Translations under genes and position numbers: made by a program
In this document: one piece after another, positions 10,401-21,978 of the stretch
Numbering within the stretch: position 1 is the first letter of the stretch
Layout: every line of letters begins with the position of its first letter
Assembly: GCF_001194135.2 (NCBI RefSeq)
Contig: NC_068985.1
Location: forward strand, 31,364,513-31,428,512
From: Octopus bimaculoides
Lineage: Eukaryota
Reading direction: 5' to 3'
Length of the DNA: 64,000 nt
The notes under the pieces: model-generated
What the model saw: only the letters and a program-made list of their open reading frames with translations
What the model was told of the DNA's origin: nothing
Database searches by the model: none

Positions 10401-13400
10401 AATTCAACATCCAAGCTTTCCCGCTTTATTCTGTCTCTTTCTTGCTGGCCAGCGATTGAGCAAGGACGTGTCTAGCTGTCTCTCCATCTTTCGAACTCAC
10501 ACTAGACAGCTCACATCAATATACCAACGTCCCAACAACTATGTTCTCACACACCGAAGATGTCTCAACAAACAAGATTAAAGATGTATATTTTCCACAA
10601 TAAATAAATATTGTTTGTGTTGATAGTTTGGAGTTCAGCGTTCCGTTCATATTTCTAATTTAATATAGGAAAGTCAGGTGTACATCTAATGATATATAAC
10701 CCACTATCCTATAAAGTGGTGACCCCGACGTGATTCGTTCATACAACCCTTCTGATCTGTACAGCCTATGTGATCCTGTTCACACAGTTTTTCTTACAAA
10801 CTGGTGAATTCAAACACGCAGCCCGCTGAGCTATTTAACACTTTCCTATAAAGTGGTGACCCCGACTAAGAAAAAACGCGGCCATGGATTCTGGACTACC
10901 AACCTATAACTGGTGACCCCGACTAAAGAACAAATGCGGCCATGGAGACTGAATTACCAAGCAACGATGACCACCAATGCCACCAACATCTCCAACCATA
11001 GTCAACATGACTTACTATGTACACCAAACTAAACCACCGCGGCAAATCTCTCTTCGATTCTGTTAGGTGACTTAGCTTCACCACGNNNNNNNNNNNNNNN
11101 NNNNNNNNNNNNNNNNNNNNNNNNNNNNNNNNNNNNNNNNNNNNNNNNNNNNNNNNNNNNNNNNNNNNNNNNNNNNNNNNNNNNNNNNNNNNNNNNNNNN
11201 NNNNNNNNNNNNNNNNNNNNNNNNNNNNNNNNNNNNNNNNNNNNNNNNNNNNNNNNNNNNNNNNNNNNNNNNNNNNNNNNNNNNNNNNNNNNNNNNNNNN
11301 NNNNNNNNNNNNNNNNNNNNNNNNNNNNNNNNNNNNNNNNNNNNNNNNNNNNNNNNNNNNNNNNNNNNNNNNNNNNNNNNNNNNNNNNNNNNNNNNNNNN
11401 NNNNNNNNNNNNNNNNNNNNNNNNNNNNNNNNNNNNNNNNNNNNNNNNNNNNNNNNNNNNNNNNNNNNNNNNNNNNNNNNNNNNNNNNNNNNNNNNNNNN
11501 NNNNNNNNNNNNNNNNNNNNNNNNNNNNNNNNNNNNNNNNNNNNNNNNNNNNNNNNNNNNNNNNNNNNNNNNNNNNNNNNNNNNNNNNNNNNNNNNNNNN
11601 NNNNNNNNNNNNNNNNNNNNNNNNNNNNNNNNNNNNNNNNNNNNNNNNNNNNNNNNNNNNNNNNNNNNNNNNNNNNNNNNNNNNNNNNNNNNNNNNNNNN
11701 NNNNNNNNNNNNNNNNNNNNNNNNNNNNNNNNNNNNNNNNNNNNNNNNNNNNNNNNNNNNNNNNNNNNNNNNNNNNNNNNNNNNNNNNNNNNNNNNNNNN
11801 NNNNNNNNNNNNNNNNNNNNNNNNNNNNNNNNNNNNNNNNNNNNAGCTCTGCCAACTGACCACGACTTCCTGTGTACGGACATTCAACTTGTGTAATTCT
11901 TTTACGAACTGGATATATAGCTTTTTGTCTCTACAGACACTTTTAATATGTTCTGTGTTTTCACTCACACACACACTTGTGCACTCACACATTTTCTTTC
12001 ATTTGTACATTGCATGCATGTTCTCACGAGTGTACATTTCATTTCTTTCATTTTTCTTTGTGTGTGTTTGTGCTACATCTTGTGGGTGGTTTTCAGTGGC
12101 CATCCTGCCTCAGGCGTTCCAACAAAAAAAAATTATATTATCGTGCGTTCCACACTGGCGAGGGGAGCCCTGTAGTAACGCTGTGCGCATGCGTAGTCTC
12201 ACGCATGAGTAGAATTCAACATCCAAGCTTTCCCGCTTTATTCTGTCTCTTTCTTGCTGGCCAGCGATTGAGCAAGGACGTGTCTAGCTGTCTCTCCATC
12301 TTTCGAACTCATGCTAGACAGCTCACATCAGTATACCAACGTCCCAACAACCATGTTCTCACACACCGAAGACGTCTCAACAAACAAGATTAAAGATGTA
12401 TATTTTCCACAATAAATAAATATTGTTTGTGTTGATAGTTTGGAGTTCAGCGTTCCGTTCATATTTCTAATTTACTATAGGAAAGTCAGGTGTACATCTA
12501 ATGATGTATAACCCACTTTCCTATAGGTCTATAGATAGAGCCATAAAGGCTAACAGACAGGCAGGAAAAACTGCAAGGATGTGGGCAGCAAAGAGCAACA
12601 TGAAGAGAAGTTAGATATCAGGTATACTTAGTAAGAAGAGAAGCTGTGAATAAAAAATTTCAAATGTTCTAAGACATGGTGGCAGTGAATAAAAGAAAAT
12701 TGAGATGACATTGGGGCAACGTGTTCAGAATGATAAGGGTAAATTGGGTATAAGAGAAATCAGTTGTAGTGTACAAGAGAGAAGACTGTAATGGTATAGG
12801 TATGTATTGCTAATGGATGATGACAGCTGCATAAGCAAGTGCTGAGTGTCCAAGTGAATGGTACTTGTGGAAGAGGGAGACCAAGGGAGACTTGGGATGA
12901 GGTGGTGTGAAATGTTGCCAGGATTTTACATCTGATAAAGAAGATGATAGAAGAATATGTAAACTAGTGACATACGGTATTGCAGAAGACCTGAACACCC
13001 ATGCCGACTTAGTGCATGCATTCCTCCCTTTTGCTGTGTCCAGTCTCCATCCTTTCATCTCCTCAACTCATCATGTCATGACACCCATGACTGAGAGGAA
13101 GTTTGTGCATACTGAATATCTCCTGTCTTCATACCAAATCATAAGTCATGATGTTTGAGTAGAAAGGGATTGCATGCCAGCAAACTTTACTCATCCACTC
13201 TGACTCTCCTGTTATCATGCTTAGATATTACCTTGAGTATAAATCCAGACCCCTAATCAACATCTCATCTCTCCTCTGCACCACTCTAGCCATATATAAT
13301 ATGGAGTATCCCCTCCCCAGCAAGCACTTGTTTTAAGTGTCCACTTCAGGGTTTGATGAGGTAGTTAGCCACAATGCATCAATCTTATTTACGTATTTCT

Positions 13401-16400
13401 CTTCTCAAACAAATATACAATTCTCAATTTATTCTAACAAAGTTCACAGATTTTGGTCCATTCTTAATTCTAGACACCAATACCTACTAATCCTCTTGAA
13501 GATGAAATTTGTCTTATTGTATATCTCTAACCTATCATTGTTGCCCAGATTACACAATATTCCAATTTCTTTTGTAAAGCTGATGGTTGATGTAGAATGC
13601 ACGCCACCATTCAGTTCTCTTCCTTGATTGTCAATAATAAAAATTTGCAGTTGTTCCAGCTCATATAGACTATTTTAAATACTTCTGTTGTTTCATCTAC
13701 TCTCTGAATTGCTCCAATCACCATATGTTTGACTATTTGTCCTCCACAGAGTACATCTTTCTAAACTTGTTATTGTTGAGAATCACATTCCGAGTTATTT
13801 TAATGCACACAACTCCTCTAAGCTCCTGTACTCCTCCCAACAACACTGGGACAGAGGCCAAATCCCTTGCCATCTTAAGCTGTCTGCACCAGTAATCTTG
13901 AGTAATCTTGACCAACTTACTAAAACTCCAACTATGCTTGATCTTAAACTCACTGATACTTCAGATATACTGGTTGGATAAAGCTTTACTAATTCTACTC
14001 TCACTATTTTTGGCATCAAATGTGCTTTAGCATCATTCTGCCTGAAATGTGTGTGTGACTGATACCTTTCTCCTTGGCATATCCATTAAACAACCAAAGC
14101 ACATATCCTCAGCCCCTTAAAGTGGATCATGCGCAACTGCACTGCAGTTATACAGACATAGAACACAACATCAGGAGAAAAAAACACAATCACCAATTTG
14201 AAGGTATTCACCTACCACTGCAACACCTTCAAGAAGACCATCATGAAAGCAAAAACTGTTTTCCTGCATTTCACAATCTCCAAATGCTTTTGTCCCCTAA
14301 ATTGCAGCAGCAATTTCTGATTTTTTGTCAAAATGATTTTTACTAATTTTGCAGAATCTTCTACCATACTTATCACCTGACAGGACTTTTTAAATAGCAC
14401 CTGTACGGATTCCAATACTGCACTTGCAGACACACACACCACTTATAATCTTGATTAGGCAAGGAATAGTGAGGTTGACTGATGAGCTAGGATATTCACT
14501 TAAAGAATTTGGATGGATCTAAAGAACTGAGTTTTTTCTAAAATAGAGTGAATTTTTGAAATTGAGAGGAAGGGAGCAAGTTCTAAATGGGAGTGACTTA
14601 TTGAGTAAATGCTTTGCCAAATATCTTCATTGCATCTAGGCAGAAAGAAGAAATAATTGGATTATGTGTTGGTTGAATCTGTTGTAGATGATAAAGAAGT
14701 TAGAGAAAGGAAATGACAGTTCTATGCAAAGATCAAGTCTTTGATGATTGACCTCTGCACAAGAGACTGCAATTTGGGTCCAAGCAAATGTTTTTGCTAT
14801 GATAAATTTGACATCCCAAGTAAACTATCGTATAAAATTTTCCTGAAACTTTTCCATTCTATTTATATTTTGAATGGTACCCAAATTCCAGTGTCCTATT
14901 GTAATTTAGATTTAATATAAATTTTGTACTCTTCGTTTGTAAGAACACTGTAAATCGTTGTAGATACAGAAATAGCTTGTTAAAAAATTTCATGACAATA
15001 TTGGAGTTTAGATCATTAGAAATAATTATTCGTAAATCTTTAATTGCAGAAACCAAGGGAATGAGAGTAAAATCAAATTCATATTGTTCTGAATATTGCC
15101 ATGTCTGAAATCTAATTTTAATTTTAGATTTGAGTCAGCGATTTTAGAGGGATGGTTCAGTCGATTACATCGACCCAGTGTTCAACTCGTACTTATTTTA
15201 TTGACCCCGAAAGGCAGTCAACCTCGGCGGAATTTGAGCTCAGAACACAAAGAGCCAGAAGAAATGCCGCTAAGCATTTTCTCGATACGTTAACTCGCCA
15301 CCTTCATAAATGAAAACATTGCATTTGGACATGGCAATTTTTAGTTGCACTGAATTTGCTAATTGAATACGTTTTTAAAATCCTTCTTACAATGTGCACA
15401 GTCACCAAGTTAAAAAATGTCGTTAGTAACTCCAACTCAACGAGACAAATTGTCCAGTGTCTCCTCCGTAATCCTCCCGCTAGATTCTTTGGTAATCTTC
15501 AAGTTTAGGGGGGTAAAAAAAGTAAATAAAAATATTCAAGGGAAATAACTGAACGACTTACCAGTATTATCCGTTTTCTTCTAGCTGTTTATAAATAAAT
15601 CACACCCTAACCCTAACGTCAATCAAATCACGTGTGTGATTTATTTATAAACAGAGATGTACGTAGAATACTGGTAAGACGTTCAGTTACTTCCCTTGAA
15701 TATTTTTTTTTTACCCCCCCCCTAAACTTGAAGATTACCGATTCTTTAATCACTCTTTCTACAGGAACTACCCAACTACGGAAACATTGGTATTTCATCT
15801 CGCACAACAGCCATCTGAGAAGTACCGACATATCAGATACACATTTAAATGTTGCGTCTACTTATTTTGGCATAACTACAGGGTTTTACCCACCAGACTT
15901 TGGGAGGTCATAACTTTCAGAAAAATGAATATTTTTTAATGAAATTTTCTATGCATATAGTATTTACTATGTAGAATCCGAATATACAAAAATTTCCGGT
16001 GAAAGTGTTTTGGAATTGGGGTGGGGGACAATTTTCGGAAATTCCCCTCCCAAAGTCTGGGCTGTAAAACCCTGTAGTTATGCCCTTATTTTATCACATT
16101 ATATTTTTTTTGTCTCATTACAATTAGTGGCATCGCAGGAAGAGAAGATTTGGGAATAAAATTTGATGCCCTCAGTTTTGAAATTATACATTTTTCCACA
16201 CTCGTTCACCAGTAATTAATCTATTAATTAACACAATTAGAAGGTTAATATAGATGTTAATACAGGAACACATCGAGATTATGGAATTAAAGCAATTTAA
16301 ATAGTACAAATCAATGACGTCTGAAAGGAACAATTAAAGAACTGAAAAAACTTCAATTGGGTGTAGCCAAAACGGCATACTGAGAAAAATATTTTGCGTC

Positions 16401-17214
16401 ATATATTAATGAATTTACTTTTCGAAACAAGTCACTGATTGGTTAAAATTACCCAAATACGACAACTTTAACACGAAATAACTTCTGAAATACGAAATTT
16501 TGTCAAAAGCGTTCAGAGTAAACCGTGTTCTACGTAAGAAATTCTACCAGTATTCGAAGTTTCAAACTGTTCAGTTAAAAAAAAAACATCAATTAAAAAA
16601 CCTGTGATTCAAACTGAACAGATCCAAATAAAGTAATCTAGTTACAGTCTGATACCAAAGGCGAGTGATTGCCAACATCACTTAAATTCAATGTGTGTTG
16701 CCAACAACATATTTTTTCTTTAATTAAAAAATTTCCACGTGACTTTACGCACTCATATAAGTAAAATCTGCTTGTTTGATAATCTTTAAATTTTACTAGC
16801 ACAATCTTAGAAAAAAAAAACAAAAAGATTCCACGCATTTACCTGAAAGGGGCTTTTCGTAAGTACATTAACAAAAATTTTATATTTTAACTTGTATATT
16901 TTAAGTTTCGTAGATAAACTTTACCGTTAAATATATTCAAATTTTGATTTGAAATTAAAGAAAAAATTATAATGTAAAAATAAACGTGCCTAACTTTGAT
17001 GAAGTTTTATCAGATTATAATTAAAACTTCAAAACAACATAAACGGTTTATATATATATATAAATATTGTGTATGTAGATATATAAAATATTCAAATTTG
17101 TACTTGCCTGATTTTTCCAGTAGAATAACTGGTGAATACACAAATGGTCAGTGATATGATCCACATAGAAGCCAAAAGGACGATACCAACACCAACACCA
17201 AAAATCAGCCCCAT
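7274..17214 (-). CDS. TMEM218: Transmembrane protein 218 (ciliary transition zone), 3 coding exons, 117 aa
   Basis: Exons 17214-17108, 9095-8993 and 7417-7274 splice to MGLIFGVGVGIVLLASMWIISLTICVFTSYSTGKIRYLGTILILLSTLLTIIFIVIPRKSKYPVPVDDSLIYEYKENHLVLLLVFCCISAFIGFVFYLVHHIMQPIYTMPMTKSNLS. It has three hydrophobic segments and resembles remembered human TMEM218 (LGVGAG..W..C, FPR..FP, HYVLEPIYAKPL). Confidence 0.88.
7558..8002 (-). mobile_element. RTE LINE 3' UTR fragment
   Basis: Reverse complement of the family tail, with several gtgccacc(g/a)gcac units. Confidence 0.85.
8440..8850 (+). mobile_element. Decayed RTE LINE 3' fragment
   Basis: cccaggaagacatggg (PRKTW) and tail cagacgttaaatgatgatgat. 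Confidence 0.75.
8993..9095 (-). CDS. TMEM218: TMEM218 coding exon 2
   Basis: ttttag|A TAT...TTG|gtaaaa, 103 nt, phase 2-0; hydrophobic helix followed by IPRKSKYP. Confidence 0.88.
9287..9843 (+). mobile_element. Non-autonomous Helitron-like element
   Basis: A|TC start followed by taaagctg and (GT)n; GC-rich subterminal segment then CTAG|T end. Confidence 0.4.
10359..12525 (+). mobile_element. Short LTR retrotransposon (Gypsy-like, probably non-autonomous) in TMEM218 intron 1
   Basis: 355-bp LTRs at 10359-10713 and 12171-12525 (about 11 differences), TGTAG..CTATA ends, 4-bp TSD GGTC, PBS TGGTGACCCCGACGTGATT at 10717-10735, purine tract at about 12157-12170; 759 N inside. Confidence 0.9.
12560..14460. 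mobile_element. Old RTE fragments in opposite orientations (+ about 12560-12915; - about 12930-14460)
   Basis: + strand [16 protein letters not shown]; heavily decayed RT-like sequence on the minus strand. Confidence 0.5.
15132..15308 (-). mobile_element. SINE with a MetaSINE-like central domain
   Basis: Minus strand aaattccgccgaggttgactgcctttcggggtcaataaaataagtac. Confidence 0.55.
15491..15739. mobile_element. Merlin-type palindromic MITE
   Basis: GGTAATCTTC..GAAGATTACC, long inverted arms, perfect 8-bp TSD GATTCTTT, central CCCTAA repeats. Confidence 0.85.
15869..16084. mobile_element. Merlin-type MITE
   Basis: GGCATAACTACAGGG..CCCTGTAGTTATGCC, perfect 8-bp TSD CTTATTTT. Confidence 0.85.
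16200..16625 (+). mobile_element. Decayed Merlin (IS1016-like) transposase C-terminus and 3' end
   Basis: Broken frames give NIDVNTGTH and KYFASYINEFTFRN, similar to the Merlin VDP.TG.HT and F.SYL.EF..R motifs; ends in GATCC; the 3' region matches the MITEs at 56025 and 57128. Confidence 0.55.
17108..17214 (-). CDS. TMEM218: TMEM218 coding exon 1 (GC donor)
   Basis: ATG at 17214; ends AG|gcaagt, 107 nt, phase 2. Confidence 0.85.
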
Positions 17215-17226
17215 AGTGGGTTACCC

Positions 17227-17268
17227 GTCGCGATGACAACGTTGTTTATTTATTCCAAACTAGCCAAT
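17227..17268 (-). promoter_or_regulatory. TMEM218 promoter: RFX X-box-like site and CCAAT box
   Basis: GTCGCGATGACAAC at 17227-17240 (one mismatch to the GTYNCYATRGYAAC-type consensus), 13 nt upstream of the ATG; CCAAT at 17264-17268. Confidence 0.65.
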
Positions 17269-19737
17269 CGCATTCTAGTAGTGTTCATTTCAATTGTACT
17301 TGTAATAACGTAACTATTGTGAACACACCAGAGATCAGGCCTGGTAGAATCATTAGAGCGGTGGTGTTTAGAATCTTACGATCTTTAGTTTCAGTTATTA
17401 AAGTTCTGAAGGAATTCAAATCCAGCCGAAGTCAACTTTGCTTTACATTTGCCCTGGATCGGTATATTTTATACCTAGAGGTCAATGTACATACCCGGTC
17501 CGCAAATTCGAGAACTTGTGCCTTTGTAAGAAATCAATGTAATAAACGTGTCTAACATTTGACTAATTTTATTATATAAAAAAAAAATTTAAAAAATAGA
17601 TCATATAAAAATAGTCAGAAACTGAAAGAAACCCGTTGTGTATGTATTTAATATATATATATATATATATTTATTTGTGTGGGTGTGCAGGGAGACTGAT
17701 CCGGGTTTTGTTTTTTTCTTTTTTTGTGTTGCCCAAAAGTCTCGAAAAAATTACTATATAAAGTTGAATCGCAATTCGTAACAAATGGACACATTTTTAT
17801 GTATTCTAACTTTGTTGTAGCTGACCATATGCATATGAAACAGTAATGCTGTGAAACTGCTGGAAATAAAATAACAATGTTATACTTGCAGTGAGTATTG
17901 ATTTACCTATGGAAAGTAGTTTCAAACTACACTTGTGTATCATAACTTAATAACATGGTCACTTTATAATCCAAATTAATGAAAATGACAAAACCATCAT
18001 TAAAGTTCAAGCTTGTATTTTCAAAATTTAATCCTTCTTAAGCCTTGGTCCTGATTTTTTGGGTATCGGCTCAGCTAGAAAGAGTGTTGCCTGGGCAAAT
18101 GGGGCAACTCCCCCAGCATCCGCCACTGGTGTGTGTGTGTTTATCTCCCACCACCGCTTGACAACCAGTGTTGGTTTGTTTACGTCCTGGTAAACATAAC
18201 AGTTTGGCAAAAGGGACTGATAGAATATGTCTCAGGCTTTTAAAAAAATAAGTACAGGAGTCGATTTGTTCCTCTAAACCCTTTTAGGCAGTGCCCCAGC
18301 ATGGCCGCAGACCAATGACGGAAACAAGTAATAGGAAAAAGATAGAAGATAAAATTACTGCGAGGACACGTTTTTTGCACAAGAGTTGCAACATGTCTGA
18401 AGTTATTCCCTCTATTTGCCAGGAAAATGGGGGGAAAATAATATTAGTACTTGAATAATTATATTTTTCTCTCACTATGTGCTTATCCATACTTACTTTT
18501 CAATGTATTAAATAAGTTTCATCTATTTCCCTATTATCTATCACATAGAAGGTGTTTCAAAATGATGTTTTAGTCTTTTTTTATGTCCAACTTTCACTGA
18601 ATTCAGAGGTATGTAAGTGCTTAAGCTATTATGTACAAATAAAAAGAAATATAAATGACTAGCTTAAAAGCCACACTCCGTGTGGACTTTTAAACTAGCT
18701 CCTGTGGAGGACTAATTGGGACTGTGGCCCCAAACTAAAGACAGCTGAATAGCATGACTATAATACATTTATAATGACTATATGCCCTGGTGGCGTTTGA
18801 TCAGCAGTTTAGGACAGATGAGAATTAATTCTGTAATGCAATCATTCTATTGTTCTAGTTCCAAGTTGAATTCCAACTGTTGGCTAATTTGTTCCAAAGT
18901 TCTTATCTTAATGTAAAACTAATGAAGCAAATGTCATTTATCTCCCCATTTGATCTCTGACATCATCAGACAAACACCAAGATGGTGTGAGTCAGCCAAG
19001 CTTTAGCTGCTAGAAATAGCAACCCAAATGCTTTTAAATCAGAACCCAATCTGGATATTCAAGAACCAAATGAAGGGCAGATTTTCAATCCTGGGATCAT
19101 CTTGATTCTAGAATGGTATAACATGTTTAGAGCAAATGTAGACTCAGTTACAGGGATCCCAAATGGACAGGCAGAATTTTGCTTTTAATAATAGAAATAA
19201 ACACATGTCCAATGAACTTATGGAAGCACCAGTAACAACTTTCTTTTCCAATAAAGTTCAGTTAAAATGACATAGAATTAAAATACTTCACAGCATATGA
19301 ATTAATTTTGGTATATGTATGAATGACTGTGTGGTTAAGAAGCTTGCTTCTCAACAATCTGGTCTTGGGTTCAGTCCCATTGTGTACTTTGGATGAGTGG
19401 CTTTTACTACAGCCCAAGGTTGGCAAAAGCCTTGGGAGTGGATTTTGTAGATGTAAACTGAAGGAATCCTAATGAATGTGTGTTATTGTGTGTGTGTAAT
19501 ATATGTGTGTGTATATATATATATATATAGCAATAAGAAAATGGAGGGGAATAGACAGTATTCATCAACTTGCAGACATTGTATTGTGTCAATTTACCTG
19601 TTTATTTTTTACTAAAAGGACAATAACAATATACAAACACATGCGACATATTATGTCATATCAGTAATTAAAAAAAGACATCCCGTGATAGAAAATGGGA
19701 TAATGACTATAGCTATTTCAGTCTAGAGGTGACATGC

Positions 19738-19738
<1 letters not shown>

Positions 19739-19802
<64 letters not shown>

Positions 19803-19860
19803 TATACATATATACACACACACCTATATATATATACACATATACATGTATATGTGTGTG
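19739..19860. repeat. Compound microsatellite (CT)n(AT)n(AC)n
   Basis: Read directly. Confidence 0.9.
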
Positions 19861-19994
19861 TTTGTGTGTATCCTTGTCTATAATTCACATGTTGGTTGTA
19901 AATGGGCATCACTGTCCTACAGACACCTATGCATCTTATACTGGAAGTACTCTTTCTCCACACCTCCTGAATCCCTACTTTTTTCTCTAGTTTA

Positions 19995-20372
19995 TATTTA
20001 TATATTCATTCTTTTACTTGTTTCAGTCATTTGACTGTGGCCATGCTGGAGCACCTCTTTTAGTCGAAGAAATTGAACCCAGGACTTATTTTTTGTAAGC
20101 CTAGTACTCATTCTATCTATTTTTGCCAAACCACTAAGTTACAAGGACGTAAACACACCAACATCGATTGTCAAGCGATAGTGGGGGGACAAACACATAC
20201 ATATATATATATGATGGGCTTCTTTCAATTTCCATCTACCAAATCCGTTCACAAGGCTTTGGTTGGCCCGAGGCTATAGCAGAATACACTTGCCCAAGAT
20301 ACCATGCAGTGGGACTGAACCTGGAACCATGTAGTTGGGAAACAAGCTTCTTACCACACAGCTATGCCTGTG
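19995..20372 (-). mobile_element. CORE-type SINE, near full length
   Basis: Reverse complement of the same family. Further partial copies at 600-848, 18120-18345, 19315-19520, 42130-42332, 47310-47420 and 62790-62990. Confidence 0.8.
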
Positions 20373-20972
20373 CCCATATTAATTTATTTTTAATTAAATT
20401 TTCAGAAATTTTGAATTGAATTTTTTCTAGAATGCCAAATACAGCCTTATCCATCCTCTTATACAGATTCACAATATGTAAAAGCACGTGCATATATTGT
20501 AGTAGGCAAGAATCATGTGACATAGGTGCCGAAACTACCAGATCATGTGATTTCAGCATAGTGCACTTCCTCAGTGGTAGGTGCCCAGTCACTGCATACC
20601 AGCCAAACCTCACTGCCAATGATATATAGAATAACAGTGTCTTTTCAGATACTGATATCACACATAGCCAGCAGGTTTATTAGAAAATAAATATTAGCAA
20701 CAGAAGCGGTATTAATACCAAAAGCGATCTTTATATCCTCTGGTACCCATGTCTGATGATTTTTTTATATGCTACAATATATGTGTGCTTTTAAACACTG
20801 TGAGTCTAAAGGAGAGGACCTCGCAAAACAAATAACACAGTATTTGGCATTCTAAAAATACATCCACATTAAGTTGGATATAAAGATTGCTCTTCGGTAT
20901 TAATTCTGCTTTTGCCATTAATATTTATTTTCTAATAAACCTGCTGGATATTTGTGACACACCTACACAAGG

Positions 20973-21579
20973 GTGCACCACCCAACCCAACTTTGTTTGA
21001 AAAAGTGCCACACCCTAACAGTTGAGGGAACCCGTGGAAGAGGCAGGCCCAGGAAGACCTGGGCTGAGGTGGTGAGGCAAGACCTTCGTACATTGGGCCT
21101 CACCAAGGCGATGACTACTGACCGAGACCTTTGGAAATGTGCTGTGCGTGAGAAGACCCGGCAAGCCAAGTAAGATCGTTGCCAGTGCCCCTGGCTCTTG
21201 TGCGGGTGGCACATGAGATGCACCATTTTGAGCGTGTCCGTTGCCAGTACTGCCTGACTGGCTCCCGTAGGATTTTCGAGTGAGATCGTTGCCAGTGCCC
21301 CTGGACTGGCTTGTGCGGGNNNNNNNNNNNNNNNNNNNNNNNNNNNNNNNNNNNNNNNNNNNNNNNTTCGAGCGTGGCCGTTTTCGTGCGGGTGACACGT
21401 AAAAGCACCCACTACACTCTCTGAGTGGTTGGCGTTAGGAAGGGCATCCAGCTGTAGAAACTCTGCCAAATTAGATTGGAGCCTGGTGTTGCCATCCGGT
21501 TTCACCAGTCCTCAGTCAAATCGTCCAACCCATGCTAGCATGGAAAGCGGACGTTAAACGATGATGATGATGATGATGA
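20973..21579 (+). mobile_element. RTE LINE 3' fragment
   Basis: [27 protein letters not shown], then the family 3' UTR and (GAT)n tail. Confidence 0.88.
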
Positions 21580-21968
21580 TAGCTTTCAGAAAACACATTT
21601 TCACAGTTCACATCAACGTCATCACTAGATAATAATGCTAAACAAGTAATCTTAGAAACTTAATTATTGATTTCTTAACTTAAGAACAGCCACAAATTTA
21701 CAAAGGATTGAAAGGCGGTGATATTTACAGTTTTCTTTTGGGAACTGGTGGTGGGAGTAAAATGAATAACTTAACCAGAAATCCACACTGATTCATACTG
21801 TCAATTCATTGAATATATTTTTTTTTATGGTTGACTGGTTTTCCTTCCTTGTTGGCTAACTGTGCTTCATGCTCTTCTGAATACATTCTTTTCATATTGC
21901 TTAGCATTATATCATAAATTTAATAATTCAAAACAAAGCCTATTTAAAAATGATAAAGAACATTGAAC

Positions 21969-21978
21969 TTTATTTATT
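21969..21978 (-). terminator. Candidate PRDM10 polyadenylation signal (tandem AATAAA)
   Basis: Overlapping AATAAA hexamers on the minus strand followed by U-rich sequence; would give a 3' UTR of about 3.7 kb. Other AATAAA sites exist. Confidence 0.3.

Noticed and set aside
10714-10925. CRISPR-like repeat-spacer appearance of TGGTGACCCCGAC repeats
   Set aside because: Eukaryotic context; the repeats are tRNA primer binding sites following LTR ends.
10923-11992. Long ORFs of 284-310 aa in the track (also at 24-24.4 kb, 30.7-31.4 kb, 36.1-36.5 kb and 61.7-62.4 kb)
   Set aside because: These are read-throughs of N gaps (X residues), not real coding evidence.
16638-16860. 66-aa ORF with a mini-intron-like feature (VLVKFKDY..)
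   Set aside because: May be a transposase tail, but the apparent intron is only about 36 nt and I recognise no family.
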